DNA of 64,000 nt from the human T2T-CHM13v2.0 reference genome, Homo sapiens. Positions 47,302 to 63,494 of this stretch are shown here, one piece after another (position 1 is the first letter of the stretch; every line of letters begins with the position of its first letter). The stretch lies in NCBI RefSeq assembly GCF_009914755.1, contig NC_060938.1. One strand, 5' to 3'. Under the pieces are notes generated by a model. That model was given only the letters and a program-made list of their open reading frames with translations, was not told where the DNA came from and did no database searches. The position numbers and the translations under genes were made by a program.

Positions 47302-47780
47302 TTTTCTCATATGTTTATAGCAGCACAATCTGCAACTGAAAAAAATATGGAATCAGTTCAAATGCCCATCAGTGAACAAATGGATAAAGAAAATGTGGTA
47401 TATATGTAGCATGGAATACTACTCAGCCATAAAAAGGAACAAAATAATGGCATTTGCAGCAATCTGGATGGAATTGGAGACTTGTTCTATGTGAAGTAAC
47501 TCAGGAATGGAAAACCAAATATCATATGTTCTCACTCATAGGTGGGAGCAAAGCTATGAAGATGCAAAGGCATAAGAATGATACAATTGATTCTGGGGAC
47601 CCAGGGGAAAGGGTGGGAGGGGGATGAGGGAGAAAAGACTACACATTGGGTACAGTGTACCCTGCTCGAGTGATGGGTGCACTAAAATCTCAGAAATCAC
47701 CACTAAAGAAGTTATTCATGTAACCAAACACCATCTGTTCCCCAAAAACCTATTGAAATAAAAAATAAATTTTAAAAAAA
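47302..47780 (+). mobile_element. L1PB/L1MA-type 3' end
   Basis: atggaatactactcagccataaaaaggaac...gggtacagtgtac...aaatctcagaaatcaccactaaagaa...aaaaacctattgaaataaaa. Confidence 0.88.
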
Positions 47781-48520
47781 GGAAGTAAACCACTTAAAAA
47801 AGAATAAACATGTATTTTCTTAAATGAAATCCTGACCCACAGAAACTGTATAAGAGAAAATATACTAGACAATATATGTATATTTCCTGAGATGTTCATT
47901 TGTTATACAAAAATAGCAAACTAATATAGAGCTTCTGTGGGTCCTGATTTGAGAAATGCTTTAGCTGGGTGGTTCTGTCTTGGTCAATATGTTGATTAAG
48001 CCTGCAGTCATCCGAAGGCTTGACTGAGGCTAGGGCATCCAATTTCAAGATGGCTCACTTAACATGGCTAGCAAGTCAATGCTGTCTGTTAGCAGGAGAC
48101 CTCTGTAATGTAATGCATTAAGCTCCGTAGGGTTGCTTGAATGTCCTTGCAGTATGGTAACTACTTTCACCCAGGGTGAGCAAGGTGGAAGCTGCCATAT
48201 GTTTTATAATCTAGCCTAGGAAATTTGAACTAGCTTTTTGATAACACAGGTCAGCCATATTTAATATGAGAGAGAACTGCACAAGGCATGGATAGCAGAA
48301 GTGAAAATCACCGGGGGCCATTTTGGAGGCTGGCTGCCACAGAGATTAGCAACTGGAATACTGCTTTCAAAGAAACAGCTTTGGCTTTTTATGTTTTCTC
48401 TATTATGTCTTTGGTTTTTTATTCATTGATTTCAGCTTTTATCCTTATTATTTCCATCATTTTAATTTCATTCAGCTTAATTTGCTGGGATTTTTGAGAT
48501 GGATGCTTAGATCATTGGAG

Positions 48521-48835
48521 TTTTTTTCTTTTTCTTTTTTTTGAGACAGGGTCTTACTGTGTCACTCAGGCTATAGTGCAGTGATGAATCGTAGCTCATA
48601 GCAGCCTTAAATTACTGAGCTCAAGTGATCCAATCCTCCCTCCTCAGCCTTCCAAGTAGCTGGGACTACAGGTGTGTGTCACCATGCCAAATTAATTTTT
48701 TTTTTTTTTTTTTTTTTTTTGCTGTGACAGGTCTCACTATGTTGCCTGGGCTGGTATTGAAGTTCTGGCCTCAAGCAAACCTCCTGCCTTGGCCTTCCAA
48801 AATGTTGGGATTATACATGTGAGCCACCACACCTA
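48521..48835 (-). mobile_element. AluJ
   Basis: gagacagggtcttactgtgtcactcagg...tagctcatagcagcc...ctcaagtgatcc. Confidence 0.87.
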
Positions 48836-49734
48836 TCATATCAGTTTTTCAGTACTTTTTTTGTTTTGTTTTCAAATACATGTGTTTACGTTTATAGATT
48901 CCCCCCACCCCAGATTTAGTCAAATCCCACAAGTTTTCTACTTTTGTAAAATTTTATTGAAGTATAATATACCTGAAACTGTGCCATCTTAAATGTACAG
49001 GTGGATGAATTATCACAATGTAAATAAACCTCTGTAACTAGCACCAAGATAAAAAAAAAACTACTAGTTATTTAAACCTAGGTTTGATAATATTACCAAT
49101 GACTTTAAAGTTAATGTCTGATAATTCTAATACCTGAAGTACTTGTGGGTTTGTTTCTTTTTTCTGTTTTTTATTTTGCTCACAGTTTTCAGTCACTTGA
49201 TCATATATCCTGGCATTCCTGGTAACATATACATACTTCTCATTGTTAAAAATTGTACAGCTCTAGCATAAAGAGTCCTACAATGGGTACTTATCCCCCA
49301 TCTATAACTTTTTTTACACTTTGTTTTGTTTTTACTCTTTCTAGACTTTATTATTTTACTTTTTGGATAAGTAATATAGTTACAAGTTTCTAAGATAAAA
49401 AATTACGAAAGAGTGTTAGTGAAAAGTCTCATTCTTGCAATGCCAGCACCCTCTTCCTGTCCTACAGGTAACCACCATGATTAATTTCCGGTATATCATT
49501 CCAGAGATAGTTTAATCCTCATATATACAAGCAAATTATGTATACTGCATTCCTGTGTCTGTTCTGTACTTTGCTTTTTTCACCTAACATTATATTTTGG
49601 TGAGTTTTCTGTTTAGTACATAATACATTTTCTCATATTTTAAACAACTGTATTCTGTTGTATGAATTTATCATAATTTATTGAATCATTCCACTGCTGA
49701 TGGACATCCAGTTTGTTTCCAGACGTTTGCTATT

Positions 49735-50493
<759 letters not shown>

Positions 50494-51071
50494 AGAGCTA
50501 TTTTTACAATTATAAGCAAAGCTGCAAGAAACAATGTGTATCTGACATTTTGCATTTGGGCAAGTATATCTGCAAAATAAATGTCTAGATGTGGACTAGG
50601 TAGTTAGTTTTGATAATTGTTAAATCACTCTCCTCTAGACGGGTTATACCAGTTTATACTTCTAGCAGCAATGTGAGTGAATACCTCTTTCCCACAGCCT
50701 TCTCAACTCAGTGTGTTATCAAACTTAGAATTTTTACTGTTCTGCTAGTAAAAAGCCCTAATTTCTTTGGATAACTTACTAATTATTGAGTCTTCCTCAT
50801 CTGCACAACATGGTTAGAAGCTCCTTCAGAGTTATGCCTGGGTCCTTATTTCTATTTTTTTCTACACTGCATACCTTTGTGTCCTTCCTGTTAACCTTAC
50901 ATAGGGCGGGCTCCCTGCACAGAAGGAGGAGACGATATACTCAACGGCATCTGTGCGTGATAGAGGGGAAAAAAATGCGATGTAGAATCCATTCTATCCA
51001 TCTATCAAGTTCCGTTTAGGAAAACAAAATATCCTAATCACAATAATTGACTAGTGAAGACTGAAGAAGCG

Positions 51072-51215
51072 GTTGCCTAGCAATGCCCTGATCGTTTTTG
51101 ATGTTGACTGGTTGACATAAGGCGGGATCAACAAACACACAGCACGTGTGTGGCCCTGGCAGCTGATTCAGATCCTTCCCACTAAGGTCAACATTACCCA
51201 GGCTCTTGGAGGCAA
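51072..51215. promoter_or_regulatory. Candidate enhancer or alternative promoter: X-box, FOX-like site and E-box
   Basis: GTTGCCTAGCAAT 51072-51084, ACAAACA 51131-51137, CACGTG 51143-51148, in non-repeat DNA. Confidence 0.35.
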
Positions 51216-51595
51216 CCACTCCTCATTGATTATTTGCACATGAGATAAACCTGTTTGTTTTACCATATTGAAGGACTAACAGAATCACAAACTGTAACTC
51301 AAGTGCTTTTCCAGTGAAGAGTGAAATAGGAAAGAACGAAAATAACATATATCTACCCCCTCCTCCTCTTCCTTTAGCTTGGGTTCATCATTACCTCCAT
51401 TTCTCCATTTTATTTTTGTTTCCTTTTTATTGGCACCACCCAAGTATACGTGTGTGTGTGTGTGTGTGTTTGATATTAAAACTTTAGGGAAAGAAACAGC
51501 TCTCTTAAAAATGTCAGCAACTTCAATTCATTGCTTTTTAAATATCCTCGTTAATAATTTACACCCTTGGTTAAAATATTCAATCATCTACTTAA

Positions 51596-51919
<324 letters not shown>

Positions 51920-52579
51920 TAGCTTTAATGTGAATCAGTGTTAGCATACACATTCAGAATTCTTTCAACCTCAAACCACAAAACTTAATTATGTATCATG
52001 GAAATACAAATCAGAACAAAAATCTATTGACTGTGAGCCCACATAACATAATTTTTGTTTCCTGAAAACAAAAGTATGCAAGTGGATGAGGCCTTTTAAG
52101 GGAATCTTGTGGCTTCTCAGTCCTTGCTGTTCTGAATTTGTGATTATCCACAGAAATGCCCAACAGGTGATTGTAAAGATACTGGTAATTCTCCACTCTT
52201 ATCTGATTGCACCTACATTTTGCTTGTTGCTCATTCTGCATAACATCTAAATGCTGCGTGACACTTAAACCCTTTAGTAGTCAGCCAAAAGTAGGAACGA
52301 GGGCGTGTTTATGAAACAGACAGCTGTCGTGAGTCCTGGTGCTCAGCTTCATTCACTAATCAGTTGTCAGTTGGCAACTTGATTACAGATAACTTCAGTG
52401 TGAGTCAGGCTCTTTTGCCACAGCTGTTTCTCTTAAAAGTTCTCCGATAAGTCATTGCCACCACTACTTCCAAATAGCGTATGTTAACTTTGAGTTAATT
52501 TTAGATAATCTCGGGTTAATTTAAACAATTTTGGCACCAACAACATGGTTAGGCTAGGCAGCTTGGATGGGTATAGGAA

Positions 52580-52790
52580 TCCGTCAATCTGGGTTGCTGT
52601 GTACCAGCTCTGGGACTGGGGGCAAGTTGTAGCAGCCCTCAGCCTCCTGCTTCACCTGTATCAGGGGAGGCTGAGACCCACCTTGCAGGGGTCTTGTGAA
52701 GATTAAATGCAATGCTGTGTGAATGGTGCCTACCTTCGTGCCTGGTCTGTCAAGACCAGGCAGTTTACACAAAAACACTTGATATTGACT
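52580..52790 (+). mobile_element. MIR
   Basis: ggcaagttgt...ctcagcctcctgcttcacctgta...gtgaagattaaatg...gtgcctgg. Confidence 0.65.
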
Positions 52791-53175
52791 ATGAAACAAG
52801 ATCCGGAAGAGAACAAATATAAATACAGATGGATCAGCTAAATGAAGGACTGTCGAGTAGAAACACAAAGAGGATGTTTGTGAGTGGAGGGGGATGGATC
52901 TCCTTCTCCACCCAGCAGTGAATATCATGGGAATCTCTCTCTACCTGAATCTACCTCTTATAATTCTTAAATTAAGAACCATTAGAACTCTTCTAAACTT
53001 TCTAAATACTCATTACAGTATGAAACCCTGCCCACCTCCCAGACAACTTCCTATGGACATTAGCTTTTATAAACATAGGATATGTTAAGTGATGGTCTTC
53101 ATTCCTCGATGTCACATTTTAAATTTATATTACTTTTTCTTCATTTTCCAAAGCTCCAGCTCAGCATCTTTGTAA

Positions 53176-53178
<3 letters not shown>

Positions 53179-53226
<48 letters not shown>
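53179..53226. repeat. (AT)n microsatellite
   Basis: About 24 perfect AT units. Confidence 0.97.
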
Positions 53227-53229
<3 letters not shown>

Positions 53230-53974
53230 AAAGTCTCTGTAGACTTTTTAATGTGTCGATTTCTACACCCCAGCCTCAGGTAGTATAAGCTTCATGAGGA
53301 CAGGAACCAGCCCTGCCTGCTCACACTGTCACCAGCATGTTCACAGGGCTGACACATGCCAGGCACTCAGGTATTAGTTGAATAGGTAAATGGAAGACTG
53401 GAAAATGTAGGCTGAACTGAGAACTTGTGGATAGACACACCTCAGTGATTTGTGAAAAGGAAGATTGGTCCAAAGCAATGTTTGTTAACCAAATTTTCAT
53501 TATCAAAGAGGAAAAACTAAACATTCCCTAACAGAAATGAAAAAGGAATAAAATTTTTGTTAGATGATGTTGAGCTTTGAAATGCCACCAAGGACACTTT
53601 CAATATCAAATCTTCCTCATCCCCCCAACTCCAGAAAACTAGTTTTTGCTCAGGTACTGGATCAGTGGAAAATGTGTGGTCTGAAGCTGTAGTCTCCTAG
53701 TTTGTGAGTCTCCTTATTTTCACTGCCTGAAGGTTTGAGTCACCGTGGAAAGGGAGGAGGGGTGGTGGAGATCAGAAGTGAGGTCTGTGAACTCCAGAGT
53801 TGACTTAGGTGCAGAGAGGATGAGGTAGAACTGCTGGCAGGGAGGCCCCATCTGATCCAAGAGTGAGCTCGGCAGGCAGAAAGCACTTGGCAAAGCCCAG
53901 GGAATGGTTGGGAGAGACTGATAGACCCAGCACTCCTATTCCTTGAGGCCGGTCAGTGATGTGTATTAACCTAG

Positions 53975-54121
53975 GGTGGCTCTAACTTTAATGTGCCAGT
54001 GAAAGGGATCCGGCTACAACTCCACACTCCTGAGGTGGGGCCCAGTGGTCTGCATTTCTGTCAAGAATACTGCAAGGGAGCGCCAGGCTGCTCCTTCCAC
54101 AGGCCATACTTTGAGAAGCAT
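53975..54121. mobile_element. MER5-type DNA transposon fragment
   Basis: gaggtggggcccagtggtctgcatttct...cacaggccatactttgagaagca. Confidence 0.65.
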
Positions 54122-54470
54122 GACATTAACTCACCTGTGCATGTTATATTTGTTAAAGGGTAACTTTTCAAAAACAGGAAAAACTATCACTCATATAGAT
54201 ATAAATGTTAAATATTTTATTAATGAAATGAGCAGTGAGATGTTACAACCAGTTCAAAAGGGAACCCAAAGGGACAGACACATCTATTACTCAGAATATT
54301 GAAATAAACTGGAAATTGATGCATAAGTGGCTTTGCCACATGGAGAAGGATTGGCTTTCCAAGGCAGGTTGATTTGCATGTTTATAAACAAGAATCATTT
54401 GCATTATCAGTTCTTTTCAACTTCACATACCATAAAACAGGTGAAAGGCTAGACTAGAAAACCTTAAAGG

Positions 54471-54752
54471 GGCTGGGTGCAGTGGCTCACTCCTGTTATC
54501 CCAGCACTTTGGGGGGTTGAGGTAGACAGATCTCTTGACCCCAGGATTTCGAGACCAGCCTGAGCAACATAGACCCTCTCTCTACAAAAAAAGTTTCCAA
54601 AAATTACCTGAGCATGATGGCATGAGCCTGTAGTCCCAGCTACTCAGGAGGCTGAGGTGGGAGAATCCCTTGAGCCAGGGAAGTGGAGGTTGCTGTGAGC
54701 CAGGATCATACCCTTGCATTCCAGTCTGGGTGATGGAGATCCTATCTCAAAA
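54471..54752 (+). mobile_element. AluJ
   Basis: ggctgggtgcagtggctcactcctg...cttgaccccaggatttcgagaccagcctgagcaacatag. Confidence 0.88.
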
Positions 54753-54962
54753 GTCTGAAGGAGTGTGATCTAAACAATGTAGTGTTTCCACTGAAGCACA
54801 GATGTTTTTCCTGTGATTTGTAGTGATTGGCATTTTTAAACTGCAGATTCCTGTCCATATTAACTTGACAGTTTGTAATAACTGCTTGAGATTAGCAGTT
54901 TGTCTTTCTTCAGTTAATTGTCATATTTAGCTCCTCTGTGTAATATGAGAAAGTAATGAGAA

Positions 54963-55256
<294 letters not shown>

Positions 55257-55673
55257 CATGAGAGCTCTTAAATAGAATTTCCATCTATAAAAAGTAGGTA
55301 CTGTCAGTATTCCCCTCACATAGGTTTATGAAGAAGTCATTTTAAAAAGAGAACCCCTGTAATTGATCAGGGACCCCATCTGCCTTCTCTGTGGGCCTAG
55401 GATAAATTCTTTTGATTGTTTACGTCTATTTGGTGTAAAAAGATCTGTAATTAAAATATACCATTGCGTTATCCATAATAGCCAAAAGGTGGAAGCAAGC
55501 CAAGAGTCTATCTGCAAATGAATAAACAAAATATGGTATATATACACTATATGCAGTAGAATACTATTCAGGCTTACAGAGAAAGGCAATTCTGACACAT
55601 GCTACACCATGGATGAACATGGAAGACATTATGCCACATGAAATAAACCAGTCACCAAAGAACAAGTATTTTA

Positions 55674-56668
55674 TGTGATCAGCTTCTTGATAATCTCCAA
55701 AATAGCCACCTTAGCATATTGAATGTTTGAAGCTGAAGGAATCTCAGAAATGATAGGAAGGACACTCTGACCTTCTCACCCTCTTCTCTGATGCAGGTCA
55801 CAAGTCCCTTGGGTGAGAGGTGCCGTCCCTGTCCCTGGAGGAAGGAGCATCCTTGTCTCTTAAGATAACGCTGAGAGGAATCTGAATGATAGGTCCTGCT
55901 GTTCCTCCCAGTTTACTACACTTAGCTCCTAACCCTTTTTGTCCTCTCACAATTTTCTGCTTCTCTCCACTTTTTATCAAACTGTTAAAAATTATGGGAG
56001 GCCATTCTTTTGGGCTGAGCTCCTGCACTAGCCTTCAACAGATCAGACCAAACCAAAATGGAATTACTTATGCTAAATGCTGTGTCATCAAACTGAAACT
56101 TTAAGGAAGCAGATCCCCAAACAGACCAGTTTTTCCTGAAAACATGAGATTCCAGTCTACTTAAATCAGTGGAAGAAGGAAGAGCCCTCTGCTTTAACCA
56201 TTACAAAAAAGTAACTGAAGTAGCTTGATGTTAACCAATCAGGTTTTTCTATTCTGTTTCCTTGTTGCTACCTCATAAAACCGGTGGTTCTGCTATTGCC
56301 CAGTGGGAACTCTCATTCTGTTTTGTAGAGTGGAAGGTGCCCAGATTCATGAATCATGAATAAAAGCCAATTAAATCTATAAATTTGTTGTAGTCCTCTG
56401 ATAATATAAAACCTAATTTGTTGTAATTTAGTCTTTTGACAAACCTAATATAAAAAGACATATGTTTAACTGTTTCTTCAGGTCTTTATTTCCTTACAAA
56501 GGCTCCTAGTTATATCAAGTTACTTCCAGAAAAGTCAATTTTTTCTGTGTCATATAAAACTTATGTTAAGTAAATGTGTATGATTTTCTCTTGTTAATCT
56601 GTCTTTTGTTACAAGATCCCCAGCCAAGAAATTAGAAGGGTGGAGGAAAAATATTTTTCCTCCCTTAT
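55674..56668 (+). mobile_element. ERV1-class solo LTR with a second LTR nested at ~55983-56441
   Basis: Outer: ccaaaatagccacc...agctgaagg...tttttcctccc; inner: tgttaaaa...cagaccaaaccaaaatgg...aataaaagcc...ttttgaca. Confidence 0.65.
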
Positions 56669-56732
56669 ATATGATTCCACTTATATGAGATATCTAGATC
56701 AGTAAAATTCATAGAAACAAAGTAGAATGATA

Positions 56733-57025
56733 GTCAGGCTCAGTGGCTCATTCCTGTAATCCCAACATCTTGGAAGGATAAGGCAGGAAGATCACTTCAG
56801 CCCAAGAGTTCAAGACCAGGCTAGACAACATAGAGAGACCTCATCTCTACTTTAAAAAGAAAAGTCAGGTGTGGTGGAACATACCTGTAGTCCCAACTAC
56901 TGGGGAGGCTGAGGTGGGTTGGATCACTCGAATCTGGGAGTTCAAGCTTTCAGTGAACTATGATCATGCCACTGTACTCCAACCTGGGCGACAGAGAGAC
57001 CCTGTCAGAAAAAAGAAAAAAAAAA
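56733..57025 (+). mobile_element. AluJ
   Basis: Diverged full dimer. Confidence 0.87.
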
Positions 57026-57204
57026 GGTAGTTTGGTGGTTGCCAGAGGCTGGGGTAGAGAGGAATGAGGGCTTATTGCTTACTGGGTACAGAGTTTCACT
57101 TCGGGATGATGAAAATGTTCTGGAGATGGATGGTGGTGATGGTTGTACAACAACATGAATGCACTTAATGCCAATAACTGCACACTTAAGACTGGTTAAA
57201 ATAG

Positions 57205-57506
<302 letters not shown>

Positions 57507-57746
57507 TTATATATACATTTATATATACTTTACTATGATAGACATTTTATAAGCACCATTTACCATTTGATCACCTATTAAATGCTAAAGGCTGTACATA
57601 CATTTCACTAATCCTTAGAACAACTTTGTTCAGTAAAAATTATTCCTGGTTTACAGAGGAGAAAACTGAGGCTCAGAAAGGCTACTCATTTATTTGAAGT
57701 CTCACAGCCTTCATAATGTTATTCATGCACTCTTTATGCCCTAGAT

Positions 57747-58100
57747 AGTTGGAGAAATTACAGGGGAGAATCTCAGAAATAACTAAAATAATTGAAGATG
57801 TAATCAAGAAACAAAAGTACAGTGTTTGAATAGAGACCAACTAAAGACAGCTGGGACTGGTTCAGTCTGCCTATAATTGAAAGGTAAATCACTAGGAAAG
57901 GGAAGGAGTCTCTGGGTTTCAAGATGAAATAGAAGTCACGAGAACTCTATAAATTTCAATTCAAGTTCACTGAAGAGAGCTAGGAGTCAGCTACTGTTTG
58001 CTACAGATAATATTCAGTAAGGAGCTAACTGCTAATGCACTGGCCTGGGGAAGTGTTTAATGTCAAATAGAAACCAACACTAGTAAAATACTTCCAGGAG
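57747..58100 (+). pseudogene. Decayed coiled-coil-like exon (TRIM/BSPRY-like?), multiple stops
   Basis: One frame reads LEKLQGRISEITKIIEDVIKKQKYSV*IETN*RQLGLVQSAYN*KVNH*ERE...IQVH*REL; strong donor GAG|gtaaga. Confidence 0.4.
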
Positions 58101-58107
58101 GTAAGAA

Positions 58108-58404
58108 TTTTTTTTTTTTTTTGAGACAGGGTCTTGCTCTGGCCCACAGGCTGGAGTGCAGTGGCATGATCTTGGCTCACTGCAACCTCCACTTCCTGAG
58201 TTCAAGCAATTCTCCTGCCTCAGCCTCCCTAGTAGCTGAGATTACAGGCACACACCACGACACCCGGCTGATTTTTGTATTTTTAGTAGAGTCGCGGTTT
58301 CACCATGTTGGCCAGGCTGGTCTTGAACTCTCGACCTCAGGTGATCCTCCCCCCTTGGCCTCTCAAAATACTGGGATTACAGGTGTGAGCCACGGCCCCT
58401 GGCT
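58108..58404 (-). mobile_element. AluS (inverted-repeat counterpart of 45291-45587)
   Basis: Full dimer with the same flanking sequence. Confidence 0.93.
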
Positions 58405-59526
58405 GCTGCTCCTTTTTTTGTAATGGAACTGGGAGATCTTTAGGAATGAGGGAAATGATCGTTTCTTTGAATAAGGCAGAATACTAAAGACTAGCCAGCC
58501 CTCAGGCTCATGGTGGTTGCTGCTATTCTGTTGAACGTGAACCATAGCCTTTAGAAAGGAGCAAGTCTTTGTGGAAGACACAGGATTTGAAGTGCAACAA
58601 AGGGGTGGAAACCGAGCTGACCATGATACCTTCAAGTGAGTTTTTCCACTGAATTTGATTATTTTCTCATTTGGCACTTCTTTCTGGGTTTTTTAAGCAG
58701 CCCAAAAACTCTAGGTGATTTTACTTTTGTAATTGTATTCTCTTGGGAATGCTCATTCCTGATTCCTCCTTACACCAAATAGGTGTGTAACCTTCTTGTT
58801 TCTGCCCATAATAATTCTGGAGTCTTTAAACAAAACGACTGTGACTTTTCATGATGAGTAGAAGATAGGTTTTACTCATGCTACAATCAATATTAATTCC
58901 TCAGTTCAAAGACACTGAGGCCCTGTCTAATAATATAGAAGTTGAACTTGGACTTGGGAGATGACTCCTGCTTCTCGTACTCTCTGTGGCTCTGCTTTCT
59001 ATTATTTTACTCATAAGCTTGTTTTGTCTCCTTGCTGAGAATTGTCAAGCATGAAATGTAATTTCAGGTTATAGTGAAGAAAGATGACATAGGCAGAAGA
59101 AATTGGCAATCATTTGGCCTGTACATGTTGCTTTTTGTTTTTTTTCTGGACTTAAGATATAGACCACATCTTGGCATTTCTGGCCTTTGAGTCTTTCACA
59201 ACTGTTATTATAATGCATTAGCTCTTCTAGAAGTTAGAAGTGACTTTGGATTAAGTCTTTCATAAGGTGGCTAAATGAATTTATATGGCTCATCACAATT
59301 CACTAGATTGGTAAAGCAGGAAATTTACAGAGATTTTTTTCTTTGCTGTAAATGTTTTTCTAAATTGAAAAACTTCTAATACTGTCTTCTGGAGTAGTCC
59401 TATAAATAAGTGCAAGTGATTGTTTTTGGCAGGAGGCCACATAAACATTTCTGCTTCTCTGTGCCTTATGGGTAGCATTCATATAAATTGTTAAAAATAA
59501 TGATTGTAGATAGATAATGTTTCAGA

Positions 59527-59645
59527 GTTTGGGCTCAGCCGCGGTAGCTGCTGTTGACCCAGAGGGACCACTGGGATCCTCACATCTCAGGGCAGCACAT
59601 CGTTTGCAGCAATGGTTGCTTCTATGCAACCTTTTATGAAATTAG
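59527..59645 (+). pseudogene. Candidate exon with a PRY/SPRY-start-like peptide
   Basis: Acceptor atgtttcag, donor TAG|gtgagg; frame VWAQPR*LLLTQRDHWDPHISGQHIVCSNGCFYATFYEI. Confidence 0.35.
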
Positions 59646-61422
59646 GTGAGGCCCTTGCTTAGAATTTTTTAAAAGCTTAATATGAGTTTATATCTCTTTA
59701 AATATCAGTTTCTAATATTTTTTTAAAGGCCTATGTTTACAACAAATTTGGGAGATACCTATATGCACTACTAACTAGTGTTCTTTTGTGGTGCTTTAGA
59801 AATTCTGGCTTACTTGTATTTTTGCTGGCCTTCTAATGATTTCACTCATCAATCAGAAGATATTTGTGTCCACCTCCCTGCTTCCTCTCTGGTGATCTTG
59901 TCTATTCTTGGCCATTTTAGAGTTGACTTAGCAGCCTTCACAAAACTGATTGGAATTTCCACTGGGATTAAATTGATAGGTCATTTTTGGGAGACCTTTG
60001 CAATATTGAACTTTCCAATCCGTGAACTTTACTTATCTGCCCATTTATTATGTTTGTTTTTGGTAGATTACATAATTATATGATCACTCCAAAAATTACC
60101 TTGCCCTTTATTGTAAAACCTTCCATTGTAAACTTCTGGCAATCACTGATCTGTGTTCCTCTAGCATTGCTTTTTTTTTCAGAATTTTATACAAATGGAA
60201 TCGTTCAGGATGTAGCCTTTTGAGTCTGGCTACTTTCATGTACTGCATCAACAGTTATTCCTTTTTATTGCCAAATAGTAATCCATTGTATAAATACTAC
60301 ATGGTTTGCTTATTGGTTTGTCATTGGAGGAATATGGACTATTTTCACTTTTTGGTAAATTATAAGTGGATTGGAATTCACAAAGTGCTTTTTGTCTGAG
60401 CATAGGTTTTCATTTCACTTGTGCAAATGCCTAAGGGTAGGATTGCCGAGTCACATGGTCCGTGTACGTTTGACTTTATGAGAACCTGCCAAATTGTCTT
60501 CCAAAGTGCTGTGCCACTTCTGTTTCTTTAATAAACACAGGGGTATTCAAGCTGTCTGTTTCTTCTTGAGTTTTGGTAGTCTGTCTTTCAAGGAATTGAT
60601 CTATTTCACCTAATTTGTAGAATTTAGAAGCATATAGTTGTTTGTTTTGTTTTTGTAGTATCCATTATAGCCTTCTAGTGTCTACAGGATTTGTAATAAT
60701 ATTCCTTTCATTTCTGGTATTGGCAATTTGTGTTTTCTCTTCTTCCTTTGTCAGTCTGCTAGAGGCTTCCTCATTTGATTGATTTCCACCTCCCACCACC
60801 CCTGCAAAGAACCAAATTTGGATTTCGTTGAATTTTTTTCCTTTACTGTTTTTGTTTAAATATTACTGATTTAGTCTGTTTTTCTTATGCCTGATTTGAG
60901 TTTATTTGGTTCTTTTTTTACTTAAAGTAAATGCTTACATTATTGATTTGGTGCTTCATTTCTCATAATTTAGAGCTATAAATTGCCCTGTAAGCACATA
61001 TTTTGATAAGATGATGTCATATTTATTAAGTTCAAACTGTTTTCCAATTTGCCTTAAGATACTCTCTTTGACCTATGGGCCATTTAGAAGTACGCCATTT
61101 AACTTCTCATATTTGGGAATGTTCTAGGAATGTTCTAGATTCCTAGTTTAATTCTGTCATCAGAGAAAATAATTCACTGAATTTTAATTGTTTAACTTTA
61201 GGGTTTGTTTTATGACTCAGAATATGATCTCTCACCACCGCCCTCCAGATAATTCTTCAGGTTTTGACGTTTCCCAACCTGTCTGCTGGTTACTTTTCAG
61301 AGTACGTGGGTCATTGCTATTTATATTTTGTCCAGAGTTTCAAATTGTGATCAGTGGAAATGACAGGCCGTAGCATGCATACGCCATCCTGGCCAGCATC
61401 ACAGGTGGTCAGTATATCTTTC

Positions 61423-61712
61423 TGTTGTTGTTTTGAGACAGAGTCTCACTCTGTTGCCCAGGTTGGAGCACAGTGGCATGATCAGGGATCACTGCATTCT
61501 CAACCTGCTAGGCTCAAGTGATCCTCCCACCTCAGCCTCCCGAATAGCTGGGTCTATAGGTGTGCTGCCATGCCCAGCTAATTTTTGTATTTTTTATAAA
61601 GACGGGATTTTGCCTTGTTCCCAGGCTGGTCTCAAACTCCTGAGCTCAGGCCATCCTCTCACTCGGGCCTCCCAAACTACTAGGATTATAGGTATGACCA
61701 CAACACCTGGCT
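61423..61712 (-). mobile_element. AluJ
   Basis: ggctcaagtgatcctcccacctcagcctccc; flanks agtatatctt / agtacatctt. Confidence 0.88.
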
Positions 61713-62071
61713 AGTACATCTTAAAAATAATTTCTGATCCATGTTGAATAATGATGGCTTGTAAATATTTTTTCTTGCACTTGCCTTATTGGGTTTTGAT
61801 ATCAAGGTTATTTTTATTTTAACCTTGTAAAATGAACTGGGGAATCTTCTTTCTTTATTCTCTGTTTGTGTTAGTGGAAGAGTTTTTTTTTTTGTTTGGT
61901 TGGTTGGTTTGTTTCTCTTGTATGTTTCATGGAACTTTTTGGTGAAGGCACTTGGGCCTGGAAATTTCTTTATGGGAAGTTTTTTCATTACTGATTCAAT
62001 ATATTTAATCTATGTAAGTTTTTTTCTACTTTTTGAGTGAATTTTGATTTTTTTCCTAGAAATTCATATCT

Positions 62072-62377
<306 letters not shown>

Positions 62378-62388
62378 CTATGCTTTAA

Positions 62389-62760
<372 letters not shown>

Positions 62761-62865
62761 TAGTACAGTCCTCCTGTGCAAGATTGTTTTTTGACTGCTT
62801 TTTCTTGACAAATCTTGCTAAAGGTCTGTGAATTTTATAATGTATTTTTAAAGAGCCAGATTTTA

Positions 62866-63030
62866 GCAGTGCATGGTGGCTCATACCTGTAATCCCAGCA
62901 CTTTGAGAGGCAAAGGTGGGAAGATCGCTTGAGCCTGTAAGGGGGAGGCTGTACTAAGCTGTGATTGAGCCACTACACTCCAGCCTGGACAACAGAATGA
63001 GACCCTATCTGAAAACCAAAAAAAACACAA
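62866..63030 (+). mobile_element. Alu monomer / internally deleted Alu
   Basis: tggtggctcatacctgtaatcccagcacttt...cactacactccagcctggacaacaga. Confidence 0.8.
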
Positions 63031-63151
63031 GTTTTAGCTTGGCTGATTCTATTGTGTGTTTCTTTTGTATTTCATTTGTTTGTTATGTTTTTCCTTTTTC
63101 TTTCTTTGAATTTAACTTGTTCTTTGTCTGATTTATTGACTGATGCTTAGG

Positions 63152-63434
63152 TTTTTTTTGTTTGTTTGTTTGTTTGTTTTGAGACGTAATCTCACTCTTT
63201 CACCAGGCTGGAGTGCAGTGGCACAATCTCGGCTCAAGCAATTCTCCTGCCTAAGCCTCCCGAGTAGCTGGGACTACAGGTGTGCGCCACCACACCCAGC
63301 TAATTTTTGTATTTTTAGTAGAGATGGGGTTTTACCATGTTGGGCAGGATTGTCTCGATCTCTTGACCTCATGATCCACCTGCCTTGGCCTCCCAAAGTG
63401 CTGGGATTACAGGCGTGAGCCACTGTACCCGGTC
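63152..63434 (-). mobile_element. AluSc-like element with small deletion
   Basis: caggattgtctcgatctcttgacctcatgatcc; (GTTT)n tail. Confidence 0.9.
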
Positions 63435-63494
63435 TGTTGATGTTTTTTCCAAGTTCCTTTTCTAATGTTCTCATTTAAGACTATAAATTTCCCC

